From IMG/VR virus record IMGVR_UViG_3300023174_000033, positions 124,001-188,000 of that record: a stretch of DNA of 64,000 nucleotides. One strand, given 5' to 3'. The translations under genes were made by a program, and so were the position numbers. Below are positions 1-9,443 of this stretch, one piece after another (positions within the stretch are counted from its first letter, which is position 1; the number at the start of each line of letters is the position of its first letter). The notes beneath the pieces are model-generated. The model did no database searches and had not been told where the DNA came from. It saw only the letters and a program-made list of their open reading frames with translations.

Positions 1-327
1 ATTCTCGGGCACAATCCGATATTCAATTGTAACACCACTTTTGGTATTCTTAAATTTAACCCATGTAAGTAGTTGAACTGTACCATCATCAATAATACCC
101 TCTAAAATTTCAGCATCTGCCAATTTTTGTGAAAGATTATTAATTTTTCTATTCAAATCATCAAGGGCTGTTTTAGCAGCATCATATTCAGCATTTTCAG
201 ATAAGTCACCCTTATCTTTTGCTTCTGCTAAATTTTGAATATGTTCCCTAAGTTGAGGACCCCTCATATCTCTTAGTTCTTGTTCTAGTTTTTGAAACCC
301 TTCACGGGTCATAGGTATTCTTGCCAT
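1..327 (-). CDS. greA: Transcription elongation factor GreA (3' end runs off the window)
   Basis: Manual translation from ATG at 327: MARIPMTREGFQKLEQELRDMRG...AEAKDKGDLSENAEYDAAK, with the GDLSENAEY Gre signature. Missing from the ORF track because it is truncated. Confidence 0.93.
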   Translation of the reverse strand, partial: MARIPMTREGFQKLEQELRDMRGPQLREHIQNLAEAKDKGDLSENAEYDAAKTALDDLNRKINNLSQKLADAEILEGIIDDGTVQLLTWVKFKNTKSGVTIEYRIVPEN

Positions 328-349
328 ATTTTTAATTTTAATTTGAATT

Positions 350-646
350 TCAGTTATATTTATCTAATTCTAAAAGTTGATTTATTTTTTTGTCCCTAAG
401 TTTGTTTTTTATCAAGTCATAACTAAGTATGAAGTGTTTATACATTTCTTCTTCTGTAAAATATGATAAATTTCTATAATCTCCATCAAGTCCAACAGCA
501 TATCCAAATCCTTTTTTATCAGTAGCATTGTTCCAAGTCAAATCACCACACCCACTTATTCTATAAGTGCATCCATACTTCATGGGCAAGATTTCATTAA
601 AACAATAAATACTATCCCCTACTTCAAATCCAATTTCTTTTTTCAT
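350..646 (-). CDS. Hypothetical protein (N-terminal FEVGD SH3/KOW-like start, C-terminal RDKKINQLL motif)
   Basis: 98-aa ORF co-oriented and overlapping with the upstream phosphoesterase. Confidence 0.65.
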   Translation of the reverse strand: MKKEIGFEVGDSIYCFNEILPMKYGCTYRISGCGDLTWNNATDKKGFGYAVGLDGDYRNLSYFTEEEMYKHFILSYDLIKNKLRDKKINQLLELDKYN

Positions 647-1245
647 CGGTTTGTATCTGATTCGTGGTGGTCAATAAATTTTATATCAATCTTATCCATG
701 ATCTTGAAGATTTCATTTATATGGTAGGGTCTAAACTCTGGGTGAGTATCTACCCCAACATCCATAGACCTACCAATCCCCTTTAGACTTCCGTGGCTGT
801 GACCAAAAAGATGTATAACACCTTTGTGTGAAGCTGGCCATACTTGATGTGAGTAATGTGATAGGTGGAACTCCCTTGAACCAATTTTACCAGTAAAGAC
901 ATTTTGAACAGATTCAAAAAGGTCCATTGGATTAAAAGAAGTATCATGAAATTTAATTTCTTTGTTTGTGATGTGTTGGTCGTGGTTGCCCAACATTAGG
1001 TGAATGTTTTTGCAGATAAGTGATTTTCTAAAGTAGTAGATATTGTGGACACCCCCAAAGCTCCAATCACCTAGGTGATAAAGAATATCATCTTCACCAA
1101 CAACATTGTTGATGTTCTTAATAAGTGTATCGTTCATTTCTTGAACGGAATTGAAGTTTCTATACCCATCTTTCCAAGAAGAAACTTTAGGACCAGCAAT
1201 ATTGGTATGTCCGAAATGAGTGTCTGATGTAAACCATATGTTCAT
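643..1245 (-). CDS. Calcineurin-like metallophosphoesterase
   Basis: Motifs SDTHFGH, LGDW, GNHD, SHY, FGHSH. Confidence 0.9.
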   Translation of the reverse strand: MNIWFTSDTHFGHTNIAGPKVSSWKDGYRNFNSVQEMNDTLIKNINNVVGEDDILYHLGDWSFGGVHNIYYFRKSLICKNIHLMLGNHDQHITNKEIKFHDTSFNPMDLFESVQNVFTGKIGSREFHLSHYSHQVWPASHKGVIHLFGHSHGSLKGIGRSMDVGVDTHPEFRPYHINEIFKIMDKIDIKFIDHHESDTNR

Positions 1246-1249
1246 AATA

Positions 1250-1281
1250 CAAAAGTAGTATAAATCTTTTCAATTACCAAA
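1250..1281 (-). promoter_or_regulatory. Bacteroidota-type primary-sigma promoter (-33 TTTG / -7 TACTTTTG)
   Basis: Minus strand reads TTTG-N20-TACTTTTG-TATT-ATG(1245). Confidence 0.75.
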
Positions 1282-1285
1282 TTTT

Positions 1286-1293
1286 AATATATA
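1286..1293 (+). promoter_or_regulatory. Putative late promoter AATATATA (representative of about 16 copies)
   Basis: AATATATA 5 nt before ATG 1299; recurs in correct orientation before many genes (see findings). Confidence 0.6.
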
Positions 1294-1298
1294 AAAAT

Positions 1299-1676
1299 AT
1301 GAAGTATCTAAAAAAATTTGAAATGTTCCACTCCACTGGGTTAGATGATGGTAAAGATCACGTTGTTCCCAAGTATAATCCAAAAATAAGAAAGGAAGTG
1401 AGTGATTTTTTAGATGATTTGCCGGAGAGTAGTAAAATACAAGTTTTAAAATGTGTCGGAATTGAAGCGAACACTGAAGAAGATGGTGAGTTTGAGAAAC
1501 AATTTGAATTAGCAAAAAAGAAATTTATTGATTTCTTTGAAAACAACACAAATTTATCTATACAAACTATAGACTTGGAAAAATTCACAATTCCGGGGAA
1601 AGGCGGGGATGGAATACCTAGGGTAATGAATATTGGGGGAACAAGCCAAACTAACTCATTTAGGATAGGTCAGTAA
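1299..1676 (+). CDS. Hypothetical protein with capsid-targeting-like N-terminus (MKYLKKFE)
   Basis: 125-aa ORF directly after an AATATATA box. Confidence 0.65.
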   Translation: MKYLKKFEMFHSTGLDDGKDHVVPKYNPKIRKEVSDFLDDLPESSKIQVLKCVGIEANTEEDGEFEKQFELAKKKFIDFFENNTNLSIQTIDLEKFTIPGKGGDGIPRVMNIGGTSQTNSFRIGQ

Positions 1677-1729
1677 GAAACAATTTTGTAAAAACTAAAT
1701 ATAAGTAGAAATACAAAATTATTTTTATT

Positions 1730-2947
1730 ATGGCTAAAAAAGAAAAAGATTCCAAGAAATTTGAATTTAGTAAAATCGGTTCTTTGATGAACAATATTGC
1801 AAAAACTGTTCCTATCATAATTGATACCGAAATTAAAGAAAAGAAATTTATATCAACTGGTGTTTATTTATTAGACGCCGCTCTATCATCCAGACTGATT
1901 GGTGGTGGTGTACAAACTAACAGAATTACTTGTTTTGCAGGAGAATCCGGTACAGGAAAATCATTTCTAGCGTATTCAGTTGCTAAAAATGCACAAAAAG
2001 AAGGATATGGTGTAGTTTACATTGATACTGAATATTCAGTTGAATTAGACGAGATACATAAGTTTGGCATTGATGCCAATCCAGAAAAATTCATTCTAGT
2101 TAGATCTAATAAGGTTGAAGATATTAATATTACCTTGTCACAACTACTCGATTCACTAAAAGAAGAAAAATTGAATGGCAATGAAATTCAACCACTTATG
2201 ATTGTATTGGATTCAATTGGTCAATTGGCTTCTAATAAAGAAAAGGCTGATTTGTTGAAAGGAGATATCAAACAAGATATGACAAAAGCAAAAGCAATTG
2301 GTTCACTATTCAGGTCAATCAACTCTGACCTTGGATTTCTTGAAATCCCAATGATTGTTTGTAATCATACTTACCTCACCCAAGATTTATTTCCGCAAGA
2401 AGTTTTAAAGGGTGGTCGGTCACTTGTTTATTCAGCTTCAGTAATTGGTATGATGTCAAAATCAAAACTGAAAACTGGTGAAGAAGATGATATGGACTTG
2501 GGCCAGTCTGGTATAACCGTACTTTTCAAAACCGCTAAAAATAGATTAGCAAAACCAAAGAAAATTAGATTTGATATTTCATTCAACCATGGTATGAATC
2601 CTTATACTGGACTTGATGCTTTTTGTAGACCAGAATATTTTAACCAAATTGGTATAGCGCAAGGAAAGGTTGAGGTTGACAAGAAAACTGGTGAAATGAC
2701 TTTCAACCCAGGTGGGATTCGGTGGTACGTAAGTCACTTGGACAAATCCTTCAATACAAAAAATTTATTCACACCGGAAATCTTCACACCGGAAGTCCTT
2801 AAGAAAATGGAACCAATTGTAAATGAATATTTCAAATACAAATCCTTGCAAGAAATAGAAGATGTTGACCGACTATTAGATGGTGGTGACGATGACGATA
2901 CTAACGGATTTTCCGATGATGTTTCCGCTGACGATTTGTTTAGTTAA
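1730..2947 (+). CDS. uvsX: UvsX/RecA-like recombinase
   Basis: Walker A GESGTGKS, YIDTE, Walker B VLDS, acidic C-terminal tail. Confidence 0.92.
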   Translation: MAKKEKDSKKFEFSKIGSLMNNIAKTVPIIIDTEIKEKKFISTGVYLLDAALSSRLIGGGVQTNRITCFAGESGTGKSFLAYSVAKNAQKEGYGVVYIDTEYSVELDEIHKFGIDANPEKFILVRSNKVEDINITLSQLLDSLKEEKLNGNEIQPLMIVLDSIGQLASNKEKADLLKGDIKQDMTKAKAIGSLFRSINSDLGFLEIPMIVCNHTYLTQDLFPQEVLKGGRSLVYSASVIGMMSKSKLKTGEEDDMDLGQSGITVLFKTAKNRLAKPKKIRFDISFNHGMNPYTGLDAFCRPEYFNQIGIAQGKVEVDKKTGEMTFNPGGIRWYVSHLDKSFNTKNLFTPEIFTPEVLKKMEPIVNEYFKYKSLQEIEDVDRLLDGGDDDDTNGFSDDVSADDLFS

Positions 2948-2966
2948 TAATTTTTTCTTACCTTTG
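2935..2966 (+). promoter_or_regulatory. Bacteroidota-type primary-sigma promoter
   Basis: TTTG(2935)-N20-TACCTTTG(2959-2966)-N5-ATG. Confidence 0.75.
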
Positions 2967-2971
2967 TATCT

Positions 2972-3364
2972 ATGAAAAAGTTATTTTTAGACGATATCAG
3001 GATTCCAAAAGATTGTGCCAATGGACTGGTTCCTTCCCACATGAACAAAATGTTTTGGGAAAATGATTGGTACATAGTGAGATCTTATGACCAATTCGCA
3101 AAATGGATTGTTGAAAATGGGTTACCCGACTTCATTGCCTTTGACCACGATTTAGCGGATGTTCACTATAGAATGGATTTTTCGGGAAATAAAGAGAACC
3201 AAGGCACCGAAAGAACTGGATATGACTGTGCAAAATGGCTCGCCGACTATTGTATTCAAAATGGTAAAAAGTTACCCGAATTCGTAGTTCACTCTCAAAA
3301 TCCAGTGGGGAAACTAAATATTCAGTCGTATTTAGCAAATGTGAAAAAGTTCTTTGGAAATTAA
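2972..3364 (+). CDS. Cyclic-phosphate-processing receiver-domain protein
   Basis: Motifs LFLDDIR, FDHDL, TGYD, HSQNPVG. Confidence 0.8.
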   Translation: MKKLFLDDIRIPKDCANGLVPSHMNKMFWENDWYIVRSYDQFAKWIVENGLPDFIAFDHDLADVHYRMDFSGNKENQGTERTGYDCAKWLADYCIQNGKKLPEFVVHSQNPVGKLNIQSYLANVKKFFGN

Positions 3365-3378
3365 AAATATATAACACC

Positions 3379-3645
3379 ATGAGGATTCTTGTGGTGTTTT
3401 TAATTTTTTTGACTATATTTTCCTGTAAGAAAGAGAAATGTTATGACTGTGTACAAGTAATAAAAATTACTTGCAATAAAGATATTAAGGGGTATCCAGT
3501 AAACACTAAAACTCCACTAGTATCATGTGGGGACAATATAGACATAGTAGATGATCCCAAACCAATAATTTTCATTGATACTCTCGGTGACACAATTTAC
3601 ACGTATTGGAAAGATACTGATTGTAAAGAACAGGGATTATTCTAA
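3379..3645 (+). CDS. Small Cys-rich lipoprotein
   Basis: Hydrophobic signal ending in lipobox IFS-C, followed by KKEK. Confidence 0.7.
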   Translation: MRILVVFLIFLTIFSCKKEKCYDCVQVIKITCNKDIKGYPVNTKTPLVSCGDNIDIVDDPKPIIFIDTLGDTIYTYWKDTDCKEQGLF

Positions 3646-4386
3646 AATTTTTAGAACAACTTCCTCTACAAACTTTCTCATATCTTCTACACTGATTGTA
3701 TCAATAGTGTCTTTTGAAGAATGACAATTTCGCAGTAAAGATGTATCCAAGTAAACACCATCTGACCATTCAACACTTGAAGTTATACCCTCTTTGAGTA
3801 TTGGCAAAGGATTGATAACGACAGAATCAATACCATTTCTTCTTAATGTTACACTATCATTATATGGAGTATTATAGGTTGGGCAATTAAAACGGTCTTT
3901 TATCAAATCGTATAAAGGACCAGGATAATTACCTACAAAGAATTTCTCACCACCAGAACCTGTTAGTTCTAGGTTCAAGACCCAATCAATTTTCCCAAAG
4001 TCGCCCGCAATAATTTGTTGAGATAACCTTTGAGATCCTTTACCACCACACTCCTCACCATCTAAAAGAACCACATTTACATCTGGACGAAGTTTTTTAA
4101 CCATTATCGCATTAATCACAGACGCTGAATTATCATTCGCGTTATCAATATTAGGATTTACAATATCATGATGTGCTACTAACATTTTAGTGGACTCACC
4201 TTTCAATATAATATTGAAACCAGAAGTAGAACCACCAACATCAAATTTGTCCAAATAGAAGTTTATTGATTCTCTATTTAGGAGATCGCAAATAAACTGA
4301 ACTCTTTGTGTTGGGGTATCAATATTATTTTCGTAAATATTTCCAATATTACGAACTTTACAAAATTCAAAAATTTGATTGTACAT
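3637..4386 (-). CDS. M28-family metallopeptidase-like protein
   Basis: Zn-ligand motifs AHHD, ANDNSAS, DGEE, LNLE, C-terminal CHSSKDT. Confidence 0.8.
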   Translation of the reverse strand: MYNQIFEFCKVRNIGNIYENNIDTPTQRVQFICDLLNRESINFYLDKFDVGGSTSGFNIILKGESTKMLVAHHDIVNPNIDNANDNSASVINAIMVKKLRPDVNVVLLDGEECGGKGSQRLSQQIIAGDFGKIDWVLNLELTGSGGEKFFVGNYPGPLYDLIKDRFNCPTYNTPYNDSVTLRRNGIDSVVINPLPILKEGITSSVEWSDGVYLDTSLLRNCHSSKDTIDTISVEDMRKFVEEVVLKILE

Positions 4387-4388
4387 AA

Positions 4389-4793
4389 TTATTTTTTTCT
4401 ACAATAGGGACCAAGACCAGTTTCTACTGAAATAGGATCAGTTAATTGACGACCACACTTACCACACTTACCATCGTGAAAAATTTCAATGGACGTATTT
4501 AGTGTACCCATGCCCAAGTGATGAAATACATAATCAAACACAATTACAGATTTAGCATCATTACTAATTTTAGATTTTTTTGAGTATCTGAATCCATAAT
4601 TTATAATAGTTCCAAGAAACATATAATTATCTGGATTAGTCAGAACATGAACAAAGTAAATATCATCATACTTATGTTTTACCACTTTATAGGTAAAACG
4701 ATTACCAGATACTGGATTCTGAAATGTTACAAAAGCTTTTCCACCAAGAATAAAATCAGGTGCTCTGTCGTGTGATATCTGTCCTACTTTCAT
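4389..4793 (-). CDS. DUF6011-like Zn-finger protein
   Basis: C-terminal CGKCGRQLTDPISVETGLGPYC; TATCTTTG box (4798-4805) lies 4 nt before the ATG. Confidence 0.75.
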   Translation of the reverse strand: MKVGQISHDRAPDFILGGKAFVTFQNPVSGNRFTYKVVKHKYDDIYFVHVLTNPDNYMFLGTIINYGFRYSKKSKISNDAKSVIVFDYVFHHLGMGTLNTSIEIFHDGKCGKCGRQLTDPISVETGLGPYCRKK

Positions 4794-4862
4794 AATACAA
4801 AGATATAAAATCTTGGAAACAAAACCTAATTAGTGTGTATAAAAATAAAAAAATTATTTGGA

Positions 4863-5486
4863 ATGGAAAATAATAAACCGCTTATAGTAACGTCACATTT
4901 TAGTGAGGATTTGAATTGGTTAATTAATCAAAATGAATATGATTACAAAATCTATACAAAAAATAAACCGAGTTGTATTGGATACCCAGCAGACAAACTA
5001 TACGAGTGTCCAAATGTTGGCAAAGAAGCTTCTTCCTATCTTTGCTACATAATTGAAAATTATGACAAACTTCCAGACTATGTAGCTTTTATACACGGAC
5101 ATGATACATCATATCATCAGACCGATACAATACTTAATCTATTAAAAGATGTAAAATTCACTGGTTATGAACCACTCAATAGAAAAGATTATAGAAATGT
5201 ATTTAACGATGATGTTCAAGAGGAGTCTCCAAAAAAGAATTGGGAACTTGTAAAATATTTCTACGATGAACTTGGATTGAATTTACCAAGACCAAGTAAA
5301 TTGGAGTATACAGCTTGTGCTCAATTTGTCGTTAGTAAAGAAGTTATACTATCCAACCCTCTAGAAACATATAAAAATATATTGAGTTGGTTATTAAGAA
5401 GAACCGACATTCACATGGAATGGACATCAAGAGTTTTAGAACATCTTTGGTGTTATATCTTAACACACAAGGAAGTGGAGGAGTAG
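4863..5486 (+). CDS. DUF3431-like protein (glycosyltransferase-associated)
   Basis: NVGKEASSYLCYIIENYDKLPDYVAFIHG, AQFVVSKE, LEHLW; probable start at ATG 4863. Confidence 0.75.
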   Translation: MENNKPLIVTSHFSEDLNWLINQNEYDYKIYTKNKPSCIGYPADKLYECPNVGKEASSYLCYIIENYDKLPDYVAFIHGHDTSYHQTDTILNLLKDVKFTGYEPLNRKDYRNVFNDDVQEESPKKNWELVKYFYDELGLNLPRPSKLEYTACAQFVVSKEVILSNPLETYKNILSWLLRRTDIHMEWTSRVLEHLWCYILTHKEVEE

Positions 5487-5516
5487 GGAGTCACTAATTA
5501 TTTCATAAATATAATT

Positions 5517-6215
5517 ATGAATATAATTGGAATAGACCCCTCTCTGATATCAACTGGAGTTTGTATAAATGGTAAAGTCTTCAACTATTGCAGAGAAAGT
5601 GATGCGACACTCAGTAAAGGTGGGTTTAGTAAGTGGTTTAAATTATGTGAGGGTAAATTAGAACTTAGATGGATTTCTTACAGGAATTTTGACAATTATT
5701 CCGACGGTGAGTTAGTTAAACTAAAAGACTATGACAAAATAACTGACCTCATTTTAGAAGATTTGGAAAAAAACATTGATCCAAATGTGAAAACAATTGT
5801 TGGAATTGAGGGTTATAACTTTGGAGCACAAGTTGGGGATTTGATTGATTTAGTTGCCTTTTCAACACTCCTCCGGAAGAAAATATATGATTATATCACT
5901 AAAGAAATTTTGGTTTTTTCTCCAAGTACTTTGAAGCAGGAAAGTTGTAAACTTACTTATAAACCTATTGATATTGGAAAAAAGAAACAAAAATTGGAAT
6001 GGCGTAACAATTTTGGAATAAGTGGTGGGAATTTTACAAAAAGAGAAATGTTCTTATCAATCATTGAAAATGAGGAATTTCAAGACGAGTGGTCATTACA
6101 TTGTAAATCAGTTTCATCAGAAATATTAGATAATAAAACAATCAAGAAACCATATGAGGATGTAAATGATGCATACCTCATTTACCAAATTATCAAAAAA
6201 CAATATTCAATTTAG
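5517..6215 (+). CDS. RuvC-like Holliday junction resolvase
   Basis: IIGIDPSLISTG, IEGY, DVNDAY acidic catalytic pattern. Confidence 0.75.
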   Translation: MNIIGIDPSLISTGVCINGKVFNYCRESDATLSKGGFSKWFKLCEGKLELRWISYRNFDNYSDGELVKLKDYDKITDLILEDLEKNIDPNVKTIVGIEGYNFGAQVGDLIDLVAFSTLLRKKIYDYITKEILVFSPSTLKQESCKLTYKPIDIGKKKQKLEWRNNFGISGGNFTKREMFLSIIENEEFQDEWSLHCKSVSSEILDNKTIKKPYEDVNDAYLIYQIIKKQYSI

Positions 6216-6229
6216 TAGTATAATCAATT

Positions 6230-7960
6230 ATGATTATACAAGAAATTGGGATAAAAGGATTCAAATCATTTGGTAACAGTGAACAAGTCGTTAAGTTGAA
6301 TTCCGATAAGGGGGAATTAATTCTACTCACGGGTAGTAACGGAAATGGAAAAAGTTCCTTCATTGAAAGTTTTGAATATGTACTTTATGGGAAGGTTAAA
6401 TCAATGAAGAAAAAGAAATGGGCCACCCTTGGCACATTACCCAATAGAATTAATGGAGAATTACAGAATAGAATAAAATTCCTTTCCAATGGTACGGAGG
6501 TTGAAGTTATACGAGGAATTAGTCCAAACACTTTGAAACTCATAGAAAATGGTATTGAAAATGACAGGGCCGGCAAGGCAAACATTGACGAAAAAATTGA
6601 AAATTACATAGGACTTGATATTGAAACCTTCAAATCTTTCATATCAATGAGTATTAATGACTTCAAAAACTTTATCAGTTTATCTAATGACGAAAAGCAA
6701 ATGTTATTGGACAAATTATTCAATCTTGAGGTTATCAATATTCTAAACAATATTCTAAAAGATTTATCTAAAACTAATAAATTACAAAATGCAAAATTTG
6801 AATCTGAAATAAATATTTTGAATGACTCAATACAAAGAATTGAAAATTCAATAAAAAAATCAATTGAAAAAGAAAAAGAAAATATCCAATTAGAAATTGA
6901 TGAATTCAAAAATAAAATTGAAGAGAGAAAGGATGAATATCAACAGCTAAAAGATAAAGTTGATAAGATAAAATTAAAGGATGATCAACTAAAATCAGAA
7001 TTGGATACGGAGAAAGAACAATACATTAAGTTAGTACAAGAAATAAAATTTGCACAAAAAGACATAGATTTGTATGAATCTGGCAAATGTCCCACTTGTG
7101 GAACTGACTTTCTCAATGATCATTTTATTGGACTAAAACAATCTTTATCCGATAAAAAGACTTCATTAGAAAAACTGAAAAGTGAGATTGAAGATAATAT
7201 CAAATCAATCAGGGATAAACAAATCAAATTAACCGATATAAGTGAAAAGACCAAGAAAGTATTTGATGAAATTACTTTCTCACTCCGTGGATATAAACAA
7301 GAAATTGACAAACTCCAAAACCAAAAAGACTCCGAATCAGGGAAAACAAATATAAATACTCAAGAGTTTGAAAAAACTATATTTGAACTAACTGAAAAGA
7401 AGTCAATTAGTCAAGATGGTCAGACAATCTGCAAAGAAAAAGAACTTTATTATAAAGAACTTTCAAAAGTTTTTGGAGAAGATGGGGTGAAAAAGACAAT
7501 AATTTCTGGAATAATAAAACCAATAAATCATTTTATTCAAGAGAATGTAAGAAAAATGAATCTAACATTTCAAGTAAAATTAGATGAAACTTTCACGGCA
7601 GAAATACGGCACTTGGGAAATATAATTGAACATGATAGTTTGAGCACCGGCGAGACAAAGAAAGTAAATCTTTGTATCTTAATTGCTTATCTGAAACTAA
7701 TCAGAACAAAAAAACATATTAATATCTTATTTCTTGATGAAGTTTTTTCAAGTATGGATATAGAGTCTTGTGAATCAATTCTAAATCTTCTAAAATCATT
7801 TGCCAACGAATACAAAATAAATATTTTTGTTGTGCACCATGCAATATTAAACCAAGAAATATTTGACAGAATACTTCAAATTAATAAAGAAGTGTTCACA
7901 AATATATCCGAGGTTATTATGGACCAATACGAAAAAACTTATGATATTAACTACATATAA
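6230..7960 (+). CDS. gp46/SbcC/Rad50-like recombination ATPase
   Basis: GSNGNGKS, long coiled coil with CPTC zinc hook, LSTGE signature, ILFLDE, VVHH. Confidence 0.92.
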   Translation: MIIQEIGIKGFKSFGNSEQVVKLNSDKGELILLTGSNGNGKSSFIESFEYVLYGKVKSMKKKKWATLGTLPNRINGELQNRIKFLSNGTEVEVIRGISPNTLKLIENGIENDRAGKANIDEKIENYIGLDIETFKSFISMSINDFKNFISLSNDEKQMLLDKLFNLEVINILNNILKDLSKTNKLQNAKFESEINILNDSIQRIENSIKKSIEKEKENIQLEIDEFKNKIEERKDEYQQLKDKVDKIKLKDDQLKSELDTEKEQYIKLVQEIKFAQKDIDLYESGKCPTCGTDFLNDHFIGLKQSLSDKKTSLEKLKSEIEDNIKSIRDKQIKLTDISEKTKKVFDEITFSLRGYKQEIDKLQNQKDSESGKTNINTQEFEKTIFELTEKKSISQDGQTICKEKELYYKELSKVFGEDGVKKTIISGIIKPINHFIQENVRKMNLTFQVKLDETFTAEIRHLGNIIEHDSLSTGETKKVNLCILIAYLKLIRTKKHINILFLDEVFSSMDIESCESILNLLKSFANEYKINIFVVHHAILNQEIFDRILQINKEVFTNISEVIMDQYEKTYDINYI

Positions 7961-7975
7961 AAAATATGATCCAAA

Positions 7976-8233
7976 ATGAGTTCAATGCGCAATATTGTTA
8001 AATTTATAATAATTTTTATAATAAGTTTTCTTATAACTGAGTTGTCAGAATATTTATTAGACGTGTACTTTGGAATTGATTTTAAATTTCTAACTTGGGG
8101 TTGGTTGGGCCTCATGCTTATGTATGGATTCAAATACCACATAATATGTTGTTTAGTTCCCGCTATTTGGGCTGGGTATAAATGCAGACATAAGAAATGT
8201 GAACATGAATATTGTCATGGTGAAAAAAAATAA
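7976..8233 (+). CDS. Small membrane protein with Cys/His-rich C-terminal tail
   Basis: 2-3 hydrophobic segments, then KCRHKKCEHEYCHG. Confidence 0.55.
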   Translation: MSSMRNIVKFIIIFIISFLITELSEYLLDVYFGIDFKFLTWGWLGLMLMYGFKYHIICCLVPAIWAGYKCRHKKCEHEYCHGEKK

Positions 8234-8241
8234 ATTTAAGT

Positions 8242-8580
8242 ATGGCTATTAAAAAACTAACAAACACATCAAATATTTTAAATACTGGTCACTATTGGGG
8301 AACTTGTACTACTACTGGAACTACTACCGGAAATATAACTACAACTGGTGGATATGTTTACCCGTCAACAACTCTCATTGCTAATCCTGGTAGTCTCCAA
8401 TCATCAGGTACTATAAGTTGGGGTGATGGTATATCAATGAATTCAGATATAATTGAATATATTGATATATTCTATCAGTTTATGGGAATTGATATGGACT
8501 ATAAAAGATTTTCTATAATGACAAAGGAAGAAAAGATATCATTTATTAGAGACCTTAAACTACAAAAATTAATTGATTAA
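8242..8580 (+). CDS. Hypothetical protein (Thr/Gly-rich N half, C-terminal RDLKLQKLI motif)
   Basis: 112-aa ORF within the operon. Confidence 0.6.
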   Translation: MAIKKLTNTSNILNTGHYWGTCTTTGTTTGNITTTGGYVYPSTTLIANPGSLQSSGTISWGDGISMNSDIIEYIDIFYQFMGIDMDYKRFSIMTKEEKISFIRDLKLQKLID

Positions 8581-8583
8581 AAA

Positions 8584-9219
8584 ATGAATTCTAATACCAA
8601 CGAACAAGAATTATTCCAGATGGTTTCGGGATTTTACAACGGGTTCAAAGGAACTTTTGTTGAAATAGGATCCGGTCACCCAATTGAAAATAGTAATACA
8701 TATTTCCTAGAAAGGAGTGGGTGGAGTGGCATGTTGGTTGAACCAATAACCGAATATAATTCCCTTTATAAGATAAACAGACGTAGCTCAATTGTTGAAA
8801 ATTTCGCCTGTGTTGAGAAGGGGTACAATCAAAAAAAAATTGAATCTTACATAACAGAACCACTTAATAAGTCTAATGTAACAGGTATTTATGGCAAAGA
8901 AAGTGCAAATACAACAAAATGGCCAGTTAGTACCATATCAAAACTCCTAAAAAAACACTCAATTAAATTAGTTGATTTTTTAATGATAGATGTCAATGGA
9001 TATGAACATGAAGTTTTAACTGGTATTGACTTTGGGGATGTTAATTTTGGATTGATTGGAATTCAGTGGCACGATTATAATTGGAACAATAAGTCAAATG
9101 ACTTCACATATTTAGGAGACTATGGATACAGTTACCTAACGATGGCGGGAACTGTTGAAATATGGGCAAATAATGTATTTCCTTTGATTAGTAGGGAAAG
9201 ATATAAAACAAACTTATAA
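8584..9219 (+). CDS. FkbM-family methyltransferase
   Basis: FVEIGS, NSNTYFLE, LVEP, IDVNGYE. Confidence 0.8.
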   Translation: MNSNTNEQELFQMVSGFYNGFKGTFVEIGSGHPIENSNTYFLERSGWSGMLVEPITEYNSLYKINRRSSIVENFACVEKGYNQKKIESYITEPLNKSNVTGIYGKESANTTKWPVSTISKLLKKHSIKLVDFLMIDVNGYEHEVLTGIDFGDVNFGLIGIQWHDYNWNNKSNDFTYLGDYGYSYLTMAGTVEIWANNVFPLISRERYKTNL

Positions 9220-9248
9220 AATATATAAAGAAAAATAATTATATTCAT

Positions 9249-9443
9249 ATGATAATAGTTGAAGTACATGGTGGAAAAGATGGTTTAGAAAAAGCCTTGA
9301 AAAAGTACAAAAGGAAATTTGAAAAGATTGGTGTTGGAAGAGAACTAAGAAGGAGAAAAGAATTCACAAAACCATCAGTTGAGCGTAGAAACGAAATTAA
9401 AAAAGCAAAATATATTCAAAATAAATTTTTGGATAATTTATAA
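9249..9443 (+). CDS. rpsU: Ribosomal protein bS21
   Basis: LEKALKKYKRKFEKIGVGRELRRRKEFTKPSVERR...KAKYIQ; Bacteroidota-like C-terminus. Confidence 0.92.
   Translation: MIIVEVHGGKDGLEKALKKYKRKFEKIGVGRELRRRKEFTKPSVERRNEIKKAKYIQNKFLDNL

Noticed and set aside
7976-8233. Holin assignment for the small membrane protein
   Set aside because: No endolysin or spanin nearby; hydrophobicity alone is insufficient
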